Shown here: in pieces, positions 9,609 through 22,106 of the stretch
Position numbering within the stretch: the stretch's first letter is position 1
Layout of the letters: every line of letters starts with the position of its first letter
Assembly (NCBI GenBank): GCA_021300175.1
Contig: JAJTIC010000016.1
Location: 17,000 to 80,999 of the forward strand
Origin: Pseudomonadota bacterium
Lineage (GTDB): Bacteria; Bdellovibrionota; Bdellovibrionia; Bdellovibrionales; Bdellovibrionaceae
Length of the DNA: 64,000 bases
Direction: 5' to 3'
Program-made: the position numbers and the translations under genes
The notes under the pieces: generated by a model
Told to the model about the DNA's origin: nothing
What the model saw: the letters and a program-made list of their open reading frames with translations, nothing else
Databases searched by the model: none

Positions 9609-9946
9609 TCGACAAAGAATCACTTGGCCAAATCACCGCCATTCTTGATCGAGGTGCATCCTTCGAGGGAAAGTTAACTTTTGAAGGAACCGTCCAAATT
9701 GGAGGTGACTTCAAAGGTGAGATCTTCACAAAGGATACCCTGGTTGTTAACGAAGGATCTTTTGTGTCAGCACAAATCGAGGCCGAATCAATTATTATTT
9801 GTGGCCGCGTTGAAGGAAACCTTTTCGCGCGCAGACGCGTCATTATGCATCCCCCGGCTGTCTTTAAAGGAACAGTTACGACCCCATCGCTGCGAATCGA
9901 TGAGGGAGTGGTTTTTGAGGGCGCCTCATACATGCCCAAAAACTAA
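9605..9946 (+). CDS. Bactofilin (DUF583/CcmA family) cytoskeletal protein
   Basis: ORF 9605-9946. It shows the repetitive beta-helix pattern (FEGKLTFEGTVQIGGDFKGEIFTKDTLVVNEGSFVSAQIEAESIIICGRVEGNLFARRRVIMHPPAVFKGTVTTPSLRIDEGVVFEG). Its ATG overlaps the parB stop (ATGA). Confidence 0.85.
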   Translation: MIDKESLGQITAILDRGASFEGKLTFEGTVQIGGDFKGEIFTKDTLVVNEGSFVSAQIEAESIIICGRVEGNLFARRRVIMHPPAVFKGTVTTPSLRIDEGVVFEGASYMPKN

Positions 9947-10046
9947 GCGCAATCTTGATAATTTCCAAAACCCCTTGACCGAATTTAAAGTTGGATGCTA
10001 ACTCCCAAACGCTTCTAATATTTTTCAGAATTTAGCTGGGATTACT

Positions 10047-10478
10047 ATGGGAATTTTGGAACAGCTCCAGATCAATATCAGTATCGCCTACCAATTCCTT
10101 ATTTTTATGGTGGGGGTGACCTTTCTTGCAGTTTATGTTTTTGCCCCTTACACAGAAGCTCTGTTGCAAAGGGAAGAAAGAACAAGGGGCGGCGAAGGTC
10201 TCGCTGAAGAGCTGATCAAGCAGGCCTCAGAATTGAAACAACAATACGAATCGAAAGCCCGAGAGCTGAACTCAGAGATAAAGACAATTTATGATGAACA
10301 CAGGACTGAGGCGGGCACTGAGTACCAAGACATTGTGGCAAAGGCGCGAGCTGAATCTGCTAAAATAATCGAGGAAACCCGAGCGCGTGTTTCCGTGGAA
10401 ATTGCGGAGGCGTCAAAGAAGTTAAAAGAAGAAATTCCGGCCGTTGCAGACGTTATTTCTAAAAAGCTTCTTTCCTAA
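10047..10478 (+). CDS. F-type ATP synthase Fo subunit b-prime (b paralogue)
   Basis: ORF 10047-10478. A single N-terminal TM helix is followed by a long charged helix (b-subunit architecture). It is the first gene of the atp cluster and is followed by a second b-type gene. Confidence 0.75.
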   Translation: MGILEQLQINISIAYQFLIFMVGVTFLAVYVFAPYTEALLQREERTRGGEGLAEELIKQASELKQQYESKARELNSEIKTIYDEHRTEAGTEYQDIVAKARAESAKIIEETRARVSVEIAEASKKLKEEIPAVADVISKKLLS

Positions 10479-10490
10479 TTGGAGTTATTG

Positions 10491-11048
10491 ATGAGAGCAC
10501 TTGGAATTCTGATTTTGATGGCAACACTACCCGCCGCGGCTCTTGCTGCTGGCAAAACCGAAGGAGTTCCTTGGGGTACGGTGGCAGCGCAGGCTTTTAA
10601 TGTATCACTTCTTTTTGGCGGCCTATTTTATTTTTTAAGAACTCCGGTAAAAAACTTTTTTGCCAATAAAAAGACAAATTTCGTGAGTGCCGCTGAGAAG
10701 TCTCAAGCAGCCCGCAAAGCCGCTGAGGACGAAAGAATGGAAATCCAGGTTCGTCTTACAAAACTTGAGAGTACGGCTGATGAGACTATTTCTCGAGCTC
10801 GGGCAGAGGCCTCCGATATGAAAAAGCAACTCATTGCCGAGGCAAAAAACCTCTCTGAGAAGCTCCGCCAAGAGGCGCAGGCCGCTGCTAAGATCGAAAT
10901 CGAAAAAGCGAAAAACTCCCTTCGTTCGGCGATGATTCAAGACGCTGCAAAATTGGCCCGCGAGGAAATCGGAACAAAGCTTTCTGGTGAAGACCATAGT
11001 CGGCTTCAGGGTCAGTTTATTCAAAACATCCAGGCGGTGCACAAATGA
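10491..11048 (+). CDS. atpF: F-type ATP synthase Fo subunit b
   Basis: ORF 10479-11048, with the likely ATG at 10491 (MRALGILILMATL). It has an N-terminal hydrophobic segment followed by a long Ala/Glu/Lys-rich helix. Its stop overlaps the atpH start (ATGA). Confidence 0.8.
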   Translation: MRALGILILMATLPAAALAAGKTEGVPWGTVAAQAFNVSLLFGGLFYFLRTPVKNFFANKKTNFVSAAEKSQAARKAAEDERMEIQVRLTKLESTADETISRARAEASDMKKQLIAEAKNLSEKLRQEAQAAAKIEIEKAKNSLRSAMIQDAAKLAREEIGTKLSGEDHSRLQGQFIQNIQAVHK

Positions 11049-11587
11049 AGACTTCTGAAGTTTCAAGACGCTACGCCAGGGCCCTCTACGAGACAGCTAA
11101 GCAAAAAGGTATTTCACAGCGCATTTTCGATGAGGTCCGCGAGCTCGGCACAGCTCTTGAAAAACATCCAGAGCTTGCCCAGTTTCTTTTCTCGCCGATT
11201 GTCTCTGGCGATGACAAAATGAAGGCCCTCAGGACTGCTCTTTCAAAGGCCTCTGAAGAGCTGGTCGCTTTTCTAACATTGCTTGCTAACAAGGACCGCC
11301 TCTCAATATTTTCTCAAGTCGCTGCCGCCTTTGAGGAAATTAGTGACCGCGATCACGGCGTTACCCGTGGCGTGGTTAAGTCTGCTCGTCCCGTGAGCGT
11401 TGAGGCGCTTAAAAGGCTTGAAGAAAATGTCACAAAAGTAACAGGAAAAAAGGTTGTATTAACTTTTCAGGAAGATCCTAAAGTAATCGCAGGACTGACT
11501 GCTCAAGTTGGTGGATGGACCTTCGATGATAGTATTGAATCTCACCTAACTCGACTGAGTGAGGATCTAAACAGGAGAACACATTAA
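11045..11587 (+). CDS. atpH: F-type ATP synthase subunit delta (OSCP)
   Basis: ORF 11045-11587. The N-terminus [12 protein letters not shown] is OSCP-like. It sits between atpF and atpA. Confidence 0.9.
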   Translation: MKTSEVSRRYARALYETAKQKGISQRIFDEVRELGTALEKHPELAQFLFSPIVSGDDKMKALRTALSKASEELVAFLTLLANKDRLSIFSQVAAAFEEISDRDHGVTRGVVKSARPVSVEALKRLEENVTKVTGKKVVLTFQEDPKVIAGLTAQVGGWTFDDSIESHLTRLSEDLNRRTH

Positions 11588-11588
11588 G

Positions 11589-13109
11589 ATGGAAACTACT
11601 ATTCGCGCCGATGAAATTAGCCGAGTTCTGAAAGAGCAGATCTCTCAGTATAATAAAAAAATAGATGTCAGTGAGACTGGCAGCGTTTTGTCTGTAGGTG
11701 ACGGGGTTGCTCGCGTTTATGGGCTTGATAATGCGATGGCTGGTGAGCTTGTAGAGTTCCCAGGCGAGGTCTTCGGAATGGTTTTAAACCTTGAAGATAG
11801 CTTTGTGGGCGTGGTTATTTTTGGTGAAGACCGATTTATCAAAGAAGGTGATCTTGTTAAGCGCACGAAGAAGATCGTATCTGTTCCTGTAGGGGAAGCG
11901 CTTTTGGGGCGCGTTGTCAATGCCCTTGGCCAGCCCGTGGACGGAAAAGGGCCCATCAATACCTCTCACAGTAGGGTTGTTGAACTCAAAGCCCCTGGAA
12001 TTATTGCGCGTCAACCAGTTCATGAGCCGATGCAGACGGGCATCAAGGCCATCGATTCCATGATTCCAATAGGACGCGGTCAGCGCGAGCTGATTATCGG
12101 AGACCGCCAGACAGGAAAAACAACAATTGCCATTGATACGATCATCAACCAAAAAGGCCAGAACGTTCAGTGCTTTTACGTAGCGATTGGACAGAAGCAA
12201 TCAACGGTGGCATCCGTTGTTGAAAAGCTTCGCCAGGCAGGCGCTCTTGAGTACACAACTGTTATTATTGCCGGAGCATCAGAACCAGCGCCCATGCAGT
12301 TTTTGTCTGCCTACACAGGTGTTGCAATGGCAGAGTATTTTAGGGATTCAGGGCGCCACGCTCTGATCATCTACGATGACTTAACAAAACAAGCACAAGC
12401 CTATCGTCAGATGTCTCTTTTATTGAGAAGGCCTCCAGGCCGTGAAGCGTATCCTGGCGACGTATTCTATCTTCACTCTCGTTTGCTTGAGCGAGCGGCA
12501 AAGCTTTCTGCTGAAGCTGGTGGTGGATCCTTGACAGCTCTTCCGATCATTGAAACTCAGGCGGGAGATATCTCGGCTTATATCCCAACAAATGTGATCT
12601 CCATCACAGATGGTCAGATTTTCTTAGAGTCAGACCTTTTTTATAAGGGCATTCGGCCAGCAATTTCCGTGGGTAAGTCAGTGTCCCGCGTGGGCGGCGC
12701 AGCTCAGATTAAAGCGATGAAGTCAGTTGCTGGAACAATCAAGCTTGAGCTTGCGCAGTTCCGCGCCCTGGAAGCTTTTGCGGCCTTCGCGTCTGATCTG
12801 GATAAAGCTTCCCAAATGCAGCTGGCTCGCGGTCGTCGTTTAGTTGAAATTTTGAAACAGCCTCAGTACGCACCAGTGAAAGTTGAAGAGCAAATCGCAA
12901 TAATCTTTGCTGCAACGTCCGGTTACACAGACGTGATTCATGAATCAGACGTAAAGAGATTTGAACGCGAAGTGATTGAGTTCCTCAGACAGAAGCACTC
13001 TTTCATTTTGAAGAACATTGCAGAGCAAAAAGCAATTTCGCCGGAAATCAAAACTCAACTGGTTGCAGCGCTTGAGGAGTTCAAGGCTGTATTTCAGTCC
13101 AACAAATAG
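11589..13109 (+). CDS. atpA: F-type ATP synthase subunit alpha
   Basis: ORF 11589-13109. Walker A motif GDRQTGKTT, with the alpha-subunit pattern along the full length. Confidence 0.98.
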   Translation: METTIRADEISRVLKEQISQYNKKIDVSETGSVLSVGDGVARVYGLDNAMAGELVEFPGEVFGMVLNLEDSFVGVVIFGEDRFIKEGDLVKRTKKIVSVPVGEALLGRVVNALGQPVDGKGPINTSHSRVVELKAPGIIARQPVHEPMQTGIKAIDSMIPIGRGQRELIIGDRQTGKTTIAIDTIINQKGQNVQCFYVAIGQKQSTVASVVEKLRQAGALEYTTVIIAGASEPAPMQFLSAYTGVAMAEYFRDSGRHALIIYDDLTKQAQAYRQMSLLLRRPPGREAYPGDVFYLHSRLLERAAKLSAEAGGGSLTALPIIETQAGDISAYIPTNVISITDGQIFLESDLFYKGIRPAISVGKSVSRVGGAAQIKAMKSVAGTIKLELAQFRALEAFAAFASDLDKASQMQLARGRRLVEILKQPQYAPVKVEEQIAIIFAATSGYTDVIHESDVKRFEREVIEFLRQKHSFILKNIAEQKAISPEIKTQLVAALEEFKAVFQSNK

Positions 13110-13119
13110 GTCGTAGGTA

Positions 13120-15418
<2,299 letters not shown>

Positions 15419-15419
15419 T

Positions 15420-15827
15420 ATGTTTAAACTCAATCTTGTTACACCAGAAAAGAAAGTTGTCATGGATCAAGAGTTGGCAGAGATCACTTTGCCTGCTTTT
15501 GCGGGAGAGTTAAATATTCTCCCAGGGCACTCACCACTGCTGACGACTTTGGCTGCTGGGATACTGAAGTACAAACTCAAATCTGGAGAGTCTAAAAAAA
15601 TGGCGCTTAGTTGGGGCTACTGCCAAGTCTCTTCTGAAGGCGTGAATGTTTTGGCAGAAATAGCTGTCGAGTCCGATGAGATTGATGTGAAAGTTATCCA
15701 AGAAAATCTAAAGGGTTTCGAGCGCAAACTGATTGCCGAACACCTGAACGATGAAGACTGGTCAAAGGCACATCACGAAATTGAGCGTCTCAAAGCGGAA
15801 CTCAATTTGTTGAACGTTAAGCACTAA
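15420..15827 (+). CDS. atpC: F-type ATP synthase subunit epsilon
   Basis: ORF 15420-15827. Epsilon-type N-terminal beta-sandwich (LNLVTPEKKV...ITLPAFAGELNILPGHSPLLT). It is the last gene of the cluster. Confidence 0.95.
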   Translation: MFKLNLVTPEKKVVMDQELAEITLPAFAGELNILPGHSPLLTTLAAGILKYKLKSGESKKMALSWGYCQVSSEGVNVLAEIAVESDEIDVKVIQENLKGFERKLIAEHLNDEDWSKAHHEIERLKAELNLLNVKH

Positions 15828-17302
15828 TGTAAGTAAGGCCCTTTCATCAGGGCCTCAATCGATACTTTCAGCCCGGTCTTTTGCCGACCATATAGATTGA
15901 TAACAGGGATATCTGAATTGTGGGCGAGCTCATTATGGCTCATAAATATAATCACCTTTGGTTTGTTAGCTCTTGAAATTGCATATGTTGCAGCGTCAAA
16001 AGATTCTGCAACATATGCATAGTCTAAGCTTCCAGACAATTTTGAGACTATTTTTGCTTTTGTATTTGCCCTGATCCAATCACAAGTTGCTACTTTTTCA
16101 CAGTAAACATTGGGTACTTTGGAGGGATGCTGGTTCATGAGGAGTCTAGCAATGCTCTTTTTGTAAGACTCTTCAACCAACGCAGACAGTTTTTGAGTTT
16201 GAAACTGAGGCATAGACAATGCTGCTGGGCCACGACCAGCAAGGCCTAAGGCAGCAATCGTTTGGGATATGCGTCGCCTCTTTTTCTCGAGCTCTTCTTT
16301 AGAGATTTCCCCAGAAGTAATCGCGGCATCAATCGCCCGAGAGATCAATCGCTGCTGTTTGAGCCCCCAAGAAACAAGGACTAAATCAGCACCCGCCTTT
16401 AATGCGTCCACAGCGGCTTTACCCAAATCGCGATGTTGAGTTGCTCCTGCCATCAACAAGTCATCGGTGACTACGATTCCTTCGAACTTAATTTCAGATC
16501 TGAGCAGTGTTTTATTGATGTATGACGAGAAAGTGGCGGGATGACCCGTAGGATCCTGAGGAGAGTAAATCGCATGGGAGACCATCATTCCTGAGGGGGA
16601 AATTGAGGCGAAATCCTTGAACGGCTCTAGCTTTGAACTCCACTCAAGAGGGCTCAGTCGCACGAGGGGCGTTGATAAATGGGGATCAGACTTTGCTTTT
16701 CCGAGGCCAGGGAAATGTTTAGCAACTGGCAGAACGCCTTGGCTGAGCAAACCCTTTGAGAATTGCACTCCATGCTCGCTGACTGAAGAAGGCGCGCGAC
16801 CAAAAGTTCTAGAGCGCATAAAATCAGAACTTGCAGGCTGTCCAAGATCAAGCACGGGAGCTAAATTCATATTGATCCCAAGACTCTTCAAGATCTTACC
16901 TGTCTCCACTCCAAGCTGATAAGTGAGGGCAGGATCCCCGCTCTGCCCGATCGCTCGAGCTGATGGTAGAGTGACCCAGCCCTTCACACGCTGAACGAGC
17001 CCCCCTTCTTGGTCTACCGCAAAGAGAGGACTCCTGCTTGGAGAATTCAGCTTACCGATATCTTTGATGAGTTGAGCTGTGGCCTGGGGATCTGAAATGT
17101 TTCTAGAAAAAAGAATATAGCCCTGAGGGCGCAGACTTCGAAAGTGCTCCCGTTGTTCTTGTTGAAGGGACTGGCCTTTAAAACCAACGATCATGAATTC
17201 GCCGGCATTATATTCTGTAGCCCAACTGAAAGCTGGCTGAAGGGCGAGGCAGCCCCCGAGAAGAAGAGAATGGACTAGTCCATTCGCAAAAAACTGAGTC
17301 AT
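15824..17302 (-). CDS. Glycoside hydrolase family 3 (beta-N-acetylhexosaminidase, NagZ-like) with N-terminal signal-like segment
   Basis: ORF 15824-17347. GH3 motifs FAVDQEGGLVQRV and KHFPGLG. The start is uncertain; I chose ATG 17302 (MTQFFANGLVHSLLLGGCLALQPAFS), and the longest ORF starts at 17347. Confidence 0.82.
   Translation of the reverse strand: MTQFFANGLVHSLLLGGCLALQPAFSWATEYNAGEFMIVGFKGQSLQQEQREHFRSLRPQGYILFSRNISDPQATAQLIKDIGKLNSPSRSPLFAVDQEGGLVQRVKGWVTLPSARAIGQSGDPALTYQLGVETGKILKSLGINMNLAPVLDLGQPASSDFMRSRTFGRAPSSVSEHGVQFSKGLLSQGVLPVAKHFPGLGKAKSDPHLSTPLVRLSPLEWSSKLEPFKDFASISPSGMMVSHAIYSPQDPTGHPATFSSYINKTLLRSEIKFEGIVVTDDLLMAGATQHRDLGKAAVDALKAGADLVLVSWGLKQQRLISRAIDAAITSGEISKEELEKKRRRISQTIAALGLAGRGPAALSMPQFQTQKLSALVEESYKKSIARLLMNQHPSKVPNVYCEKVATCDWIRANTKAKIVSKLSGSLDYAYVAESFDAATYAISRANKPKVIIFMSHNELAHNSDIPVINLYGRQKTGLKVSIEALMKGPYLH
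15836..15855. terminator. GC hairpin at the convergent atpC / GH3 junction
   Basis: AGGCCCT-ttcatc-AGGGCCT, 9 nt after the atpC stop. There is no clear U-tract on either strand, and it lies inside the last codons of the minus-strand GH3 ORF, so a terminator role is only tentative. Confidence 0.35.
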
Positions 17303-17346
17303 AATTACAAAGTAAATGATTTGGGATTTTCTTGTGAGGCCAGACA

Positions 17347-18075
17347 TTGAATAGGTTGAAAATCATCGACATCAGTCTAAGTCTTTTTTGCCTATTCGGG
17401 CTTGCGAACCTAGCAACTGCTGCGGAAGATACTCGACCTGATCTCATTGAAGTTCATTACAATGCCAGTGCTCTAACACCTTATCGTGAACGTGCTTCAA
17501 GTTGGTCGATCATTGCTCAACTTCAAGCAAGATCTTTAAAGCCTGAGAATTATCGATCAAGAATTGGCGGGGAAACTTTTCAGCAATCTTTTGGTGACCA
17601 TCACGTGATCATCCCCACGCTTTCTATCGGAAGTCAGTACAACACCTCAATGGGTGGCTTCTCTTTGGAGGGAAGCTACGGTGTTGGGAGCATTGAAAGT
17701 GAAAGAATTGGAGCTCGAAGATTAGCGCTCAGTCAATATGGCCTGAGTGCAACCATTGTTCTTGATAAATTGATGCCCGAACCCCTTTTTGCGCCCTACT
17801 TCACGGGAGAAGTCTTTGTGGTCTCCTGGGAAGAGTCTGATGCGACAACAACAGTCTCTGGTGAAAACAGTTTTGCACTTGGTTATCGACTGGGAATTCT
17901 ATTTCAATTGAATTCTCTCGACTCAGGAACAGCTCTTGTTGCTTTTAATAGTTCAGGCCTTGAGAATACTTATTTGGACATCTTTGCATCTCAGACGAAC
18001 ACTTCTAATAGTTCCTCTGATGTACAACTGAAATCACCGATGACTTTAGGTGCAGGCATCAGGCTCCAATTTTAA
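17347..18075 (+). CDS. Putative outer-membrane beta-barrel protein
   Basis: ORF 17347-18075 with a TTG start. The N-terminal segment ending in LANLATAAED looks like a signal peptide. It has alternating hydrophobic beta-strand periodicity and the C-terminal GAGIRLQF with a terminal Phe, typical of BAM substrates. Confidence 0.55.
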   Translation: MNRLKIIDISLSLFCLFGLANLATAAEDTRPDLIEVHYNASALTPYRERASSWSIIAQLQARSLKPENYRSRIGGETFQQSFGDHHVIIPTLSIGSQYNTSMGGFSLEGSYGVGSIESERIGARRLALSQYGLSATIVLDKLMPEPLFAPYFTGEVFVVSWEESDATTTVSGENSFALGYRLGILFQLNSLDSGTALVAFNSSGLENTYLDIFASQTNTSNSSSDVQLKSPMTLGAGIRLQF

Positions 18076-18076
18076 T

Positions 18077-21000
18077 CTAAACAGAGTATTTCAAAAGATA
18101 ATTAAGTTCTTCAAACACGGCAGGCCATGTAATTGTGTTCATCCGGACATTGAGCCGAGAGTCCGGAGTGATCGAATACTTTTTATTCTCTCGCAGAGCA
18201 AGCTTGATGGCCTCTTCGGGCTTGATCTTTGTTTTCTCGGTAAAGATCAATGAGATGTTTTTAGGACCAGCGCTGATGTCTCGTACGCCGAGTTCCTTGC
18301 ATTGGCTTCGAATTAACATGAGGCCTAACAAATTCAGGGTCGGCTCAGGTATAGCACCAAACTGATCTCTGAGATCCTCTTCAATTCTTTCCAAGTCCTC
18401 TTGATTTCTAATTTCTGAGAGAGCTTTATAATAAGAAAGACGGATTCGAGTATCTTTGATGTATGTTTCAGGAATCATCGCTGGAATTCTCAAATTTATC
18501 TCGGGATCTAATTCTTGGCTATCGACAGGTTTACCCTGGAGCTCAGCCACAGTTTCGTTAAGGAGATCCATATACAACTCATAACCCACAGAATTAATAT
18601 GTCCTGCTTGCTCTTCTCCCAGCAGATTTCCCGCTCCACGAAGCTCAAGGTCATATTGTGCGATACGTAAGCCGCTTCCCAGAGCCGTGTTCTCTTGAAT
18701 GACCTTGAGTCGTTCCTGAGCGTCTTTATCTAACTGACGATCTCTTGGTAAAATCAAGTAGCAATAAGCTCTCTGTTTACTTCGGCCAACACGACCGCGG
18801 AGCTGATACAGCTGAGAAAGACCCAGCAGATGAGCCTGATCAATGAACATTGTGTTGGCTCGTGGAACATCCATTCCAGATTCCACAATAGCTGTGCATA
18901 TGAGCACATCAATTTCATGGTTGAAGAATCTAATCATGGTTTTTTCAAGTTCGTGCTCCTCCATTTGACCATGCGCCACGCCGATGCGCGCTTCTGGAAT
19001 GATTTGCCGAACCTCATCCGCGAGACCATAGATTGACTGCACTCGGTTGTGAATGAAGTAAACTTGTCCACCACGAGAAATTTCAGAGGCAATAGATTTG
19101 CGAATAAGCTCTGGATCAAATTTGCAAATAAATGTTCGAGTCGGCAACCGGTCCACGGGAGCCGTGTTAATCAAAGAAAGATCTCGGATTCCAACCAGTG
19201 ACATATTCAGTGTTCGGGGAATCGGAGTCGCTGAAAGTGAAATAGTATCAACTCCGACCTTCATTTTTTTGATTTTCTCCTTATGGGCAACTCCGAATTT
19301 CTGCTCTTCATCGATGATCAAAAGACCTAATTTATTGAAATCGACATCTTTAGAAAGAATTCGATGAGTGCCAATGAGAATGTTTACTTTTCCCGACTTC
19401 ACATCAGAGAGAATTCTTCGTGAATTTGTAGGGGAAATAAAACGGTTGAGAGCTTGAATCTCAACGGGCCATCCTGTGAATCTTTTTCTGAAAGTTTCTA
19501 AATGCTGAAAAGTAAGAACGGTTGTCGGCGCGAGAACGGCGACTTGTTTACCGGAAGAAACAGCCATAAAAGCAGCTCGCATAGCGACTTCAGTTTTGCC
19601 GAAGCCGACATCTCCACAAATGAGCCGATCCATTGGCTTGGTACCACTGAAATCTTTTTTTAGATCATCAATCGCTCGCATTTGGTCTTCAGTTTCATCA
19701 TAGGGAAAAGAAGCTTCAAAACCGGTCAGATCATTTGCATTCCAGACTGTTGGGGGCCTGTGAAGCTGTGCTCGCTGAGCGTAAATACTGAGAAGATCAT
19801 TCGCGATATCTCTTAAGTGCGATTTTACCTTTGCTTTGGTTTTTTCCCACCCAGGTCCGCCTAACTTATCAAGAATGGCTGTGGACCCATGGCCTGAATA
19901 CTTAGAAAGCTGGCCCACGCGATAAACAGGAAGATAGAGTTTGTCTTTGTCTTTATAGGCGATTTGAATGAACTCGGAATCAGCTCCAGAAATATTCATG
20001 ACCCTAAGGCCCTCGTAAAGACCAATCCCGTGCTTCACGTGAACAACACAGTCGCCCGGCTTCAAATCACCAAAAGCAAGGGACTTGGCACTTTTTTGGA
20101 ACTCTTGTGAAGCACTCTCTCTGGAGCGAGTTTTCTTTCCGTAGAGATCTTCTTCTCGTAAAAAGATGAGTTCTTCTTCAGATAATTTAACTGATTCCGG
20201 TGAATGAAATGGCAAACAAAGAACCACATCCTGTCTTTGTCTTGCACGTTCAATTTCATCAGAGAAGCTAGACAGATCGTCCTTAATGACCTGAAGCCTC
20301 AGGTCTGCCTTTTCAAGCAGAATACGAGTGCGATCTATTTGCGATTTGTTCCGAATTGTGAGGATGATGACATATCCCTGATTTCGCCAGTCTTTGATCT
20401 TAGAGCTCAGCGTTTTACACCAAACATCAGTTCCTACATTGAGAGGGGACAGAGCTGAAGCAAACTCAGTCACGCTGTTTGTTTTGTAGGGGACTTTTTC
20501 CCAAGCGAAACCTTCTGATAAATCCTCTATATCAATCGCCGAAACTTGAATATGAGTTGAGCCTTCTGGCCAATCTTTGTTTGTAATTGATTGAGTGAAG
20601 TCAGAGATTTCTGGGAAAACGAGATGAGACTTGGCAGCCACCTTCTCGGATTTCAATTCTTCCAAGAATAAATCAGCTGCTTGCTGACACCCCATGGGAT
20701 CAAAGGTCCATGCGCGCACTGGCTCTGAAAAGTGAGCGGAAGGACGGTCAAGTTTTTCATAAAAATAGGGAAGCAAAAAGTCACATGCAGGAAATCGCTG
20801 GTGCCGCGACAAGCTTCTGATCACATCTTCTTTTTCCTGAAGGTCGACATCTCTTCCTGCCCAGTTCGCAGTGAGGCGCTGCACTGACTTTTCGAGGTAG
20901 TTCTCATTAAACAGAGCTTCTTTGGCTGGTGAAATGTGTGCGACCTGAATTTCTTCGAGCGATCGCTGATCAACGGTCGAAAAAAAACGGAGTGATTCAA

Positions 21001-21640
21001 CAGTGTCTCCAAAAAGTTCTAGGCGAACGGGAGACGGCTCGAGTGGCGAAAAAAAATCAACAATACCCCCACGTACCGAATAGTGACCGACATCTTCGAC
21101 AATTGGAACTGATTGATACCCTAAACCTTGAAAATAACTATGAAGATCTTCAGGAAGTTCGGCGTCCTTGGTGACTCGCTTCAGACGGCGCGCAAGCTCC
21201 TGATAAGGGAGTGTTAGCTGCATCCATGCTGGGACGGCACCGATAAAAATAGCGCCAGGATTTGGAAAATGCACTTGAGATAGAAAGCCTAATCTTTCAG
21301 CAACAACCTTGGGCTGGGGGTCTAATCCAGAAAATGGGGAAACATCAAACTGTGGAATAACAAAACACTTTCGCTGCGGATCAAAAAAGCCGATAAGCTC
21401 TTGTAAACGAAGAGCATCTGCTGAACCCGGAACTACAACAGCATGCGGCAAGACATTGAAAGCCTTAGATTTTGACTGAGTCAGCGTGAGCGCCAAGCTG
21501 AGCAGAGAGTTGTTCCCAGTGACACGAATAAACTCTTTTTTGAGCTCGAACTCCCGATCAAAGATTGAACTGATTCTTAACTCAAGAAGATCCGTCGTCA
21601 TAGGCTCCGCAGTCTGCCACTTTTTAGATGTCCTGACCAT
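18077..21640 (-). CDS. mfd: Transcription-repair coupling factor Mfd
   Basis: ORF 18077-21640 (1187 aa). Helicase motifs GDVGFGKTEVAMRAAF and IIDEEQKFG, an upstream CarD/TRCF-type domain (GDCVVHVKHGIGLYEG), and a C-terminal TRCF domain. Confidence 0.97.
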   Translation of the reverse strand: MVRTSKKWQTAEPMTTDLLELRISSIFDREFELKKEFIRVTGNNSLLSLALTLTQSKSKAFNVLPHAVVVPGSADALRLQELIGFFDPQRKCFVIPQFDVSPFSGLDPQPKVVAERLGFLSQVHFPNPGAIFIGAVPAWMQLTLPYQELARRLKRVTKDAELPEDLHSYFQGLGYQSVPIVEDVGHYSVRGGIVDFFSPLEPSPVRLELFGDTVESLRFFSTVDQRSLEEIQVAHISPAKEALFNENYLEKSVQRLTANWAGRDVDLQEKEDVIRSLSRHQRFPACDFLLPYFYEKLDRPSAHFSEPVRAWTFDPMGCQQAADLFLEELKSEKVAAKSHLVFPEISDFTQSITNKDWPEGSTHIQVSAIDIEDLSEGFAWEKVPYKTNSVTEFASALSPLNVGTDVWCKTLSSKIKDWRNQGYVIILTIRNKSQIDRTRILLEKADLRLQVIKDDLSSFSDEIERARQRQDVVLCLPFHSPESVKLSEEELIFLREEDLYGKKTRSRESASQEFQKSAKSLAFGDLKPGDCVVHVKHGIGLYEGLRVMNISGADSEFIQIAYKDKDKLYLPVYRVGQLSKYSGHGSTAILDKLGGPGWEKTKAKVKSHLRDIANDLLSIYAQRAQLHRPPTVWNANDLTGFEASFPYDETEDQMRAIDDLKKDFSGTKPMDRLICGDVGFGKTEVAMRAAFMAVSSGKQVAVLAPTTVLTFQHLETFRKRFTGWPVEIQALNRFISPTNSRRILSDVKSGKVNILIGTHRILSKDVDFNKLGLLIIDEEQKFGVAHKEKIKKMKVGVDTISLSATPIPRTLNMSLVGIRDLSLINTAPVDRLPTRTFICKFDPELIRKSIASEISRGGQVYFIHNRVQSIYGLADEVRQIIPEARIGVAHGQMEEHELEKTMIRFFNHEIDVLICTAIVESGMDVPRANTMFIDQAHLLGLSQLYQLRGRVGRSKQRAYCYLILPRDRQLDKDAQERLKVIQENTALGSGLRIAQYDLELRGAGNLLGEEQAGHINSVGYELYMDLLNETVAELQGKPVDSQELDPEINLRIPAMIPETYIKDTRIRLSYYKALSEIRNQEDLERIEEDLRDQFGAIPEPTLNLLGLMLIRSQCKELGVRDISAGPKNISLIFTEKTKIKPEEAIKLALRENKKYSITPDSRLNVRMNTITWPAVFEELNYLLKYSV

Positions 21641-21738
21641 TCATAATTCTTGGAATTGAATCCGCTGCACAGTATAGTCCTAGTGATTGATTTAATTGGT
21701 TTTTTTGAACTACGACACGGGCATCATCAGGAGGGACT

Positions 21739-22104
21739 ATGCCATTGGGTGGAATTTTATTTATCACCATCTTTGTGATCGTTTTTGGATGCATTCTTCT
21801 GTTACTCGCATCTAAATTGGGCCGCAGGGTCTACGATCCCGTAAAGTTTCAAACATACGAGTGTGGTATTCCTGTTCAAGAGAAAAAGGACACGAAGATC
21901 TCCGTGAAATTCTACCTGACGGCGATTCTTTTTATCATTTTCGATATCGAAATTATTTTTATGTATCCGTGGGCCACAACATTCAAAGACTTTATTCTCA
22001 GTGGGCAAGGTCTTTATGTGTTCGTTTCGATGATGGTGTTTATTGGTGTCTTCGTTTACGGCCTTTTCTGGGAAGTAAAATCTAAAGCGTTAGAGTGGGA
22101 TTAA
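21739..22104 (+). CDS. nuoA: NADH-quinone oxidoreductase subunit A
   Basis: ORF 21739-22104. A 3-TM protein with YECGIP and FDIEIIFMYPWA signatures. Confidence 0.9.
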   Translation: MPLGGILFITIFVIVFGCILLLLASKLGRRVYDPVKFQTYECGIPVQEKKDTKISVKFYLTAILFIIFDIEIIFMYPWATTFKDFILSGQGLYVFVSMMVFIGVFVYGLFWEVKSKALEWD

Positions 22105-22106
22105 TC

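Noticed and set aside
9589-9939. 116-aa minus-strand ORF antisense to the bactofilin gene. Similar long antisense or overlapping ORFs: 10635-11066, 11784-12200, 27262-27675, 38198-38668, 45231-45689, 54783-55184, 60710-61063, 7197-7418 and 4712-5071
   Set aside because: All lie entirely within strongly supported conserved genes on the other strand or in another frame. They have low-complexity or atypical composition and no family resemblance, so they are treated as shadow ORFs.
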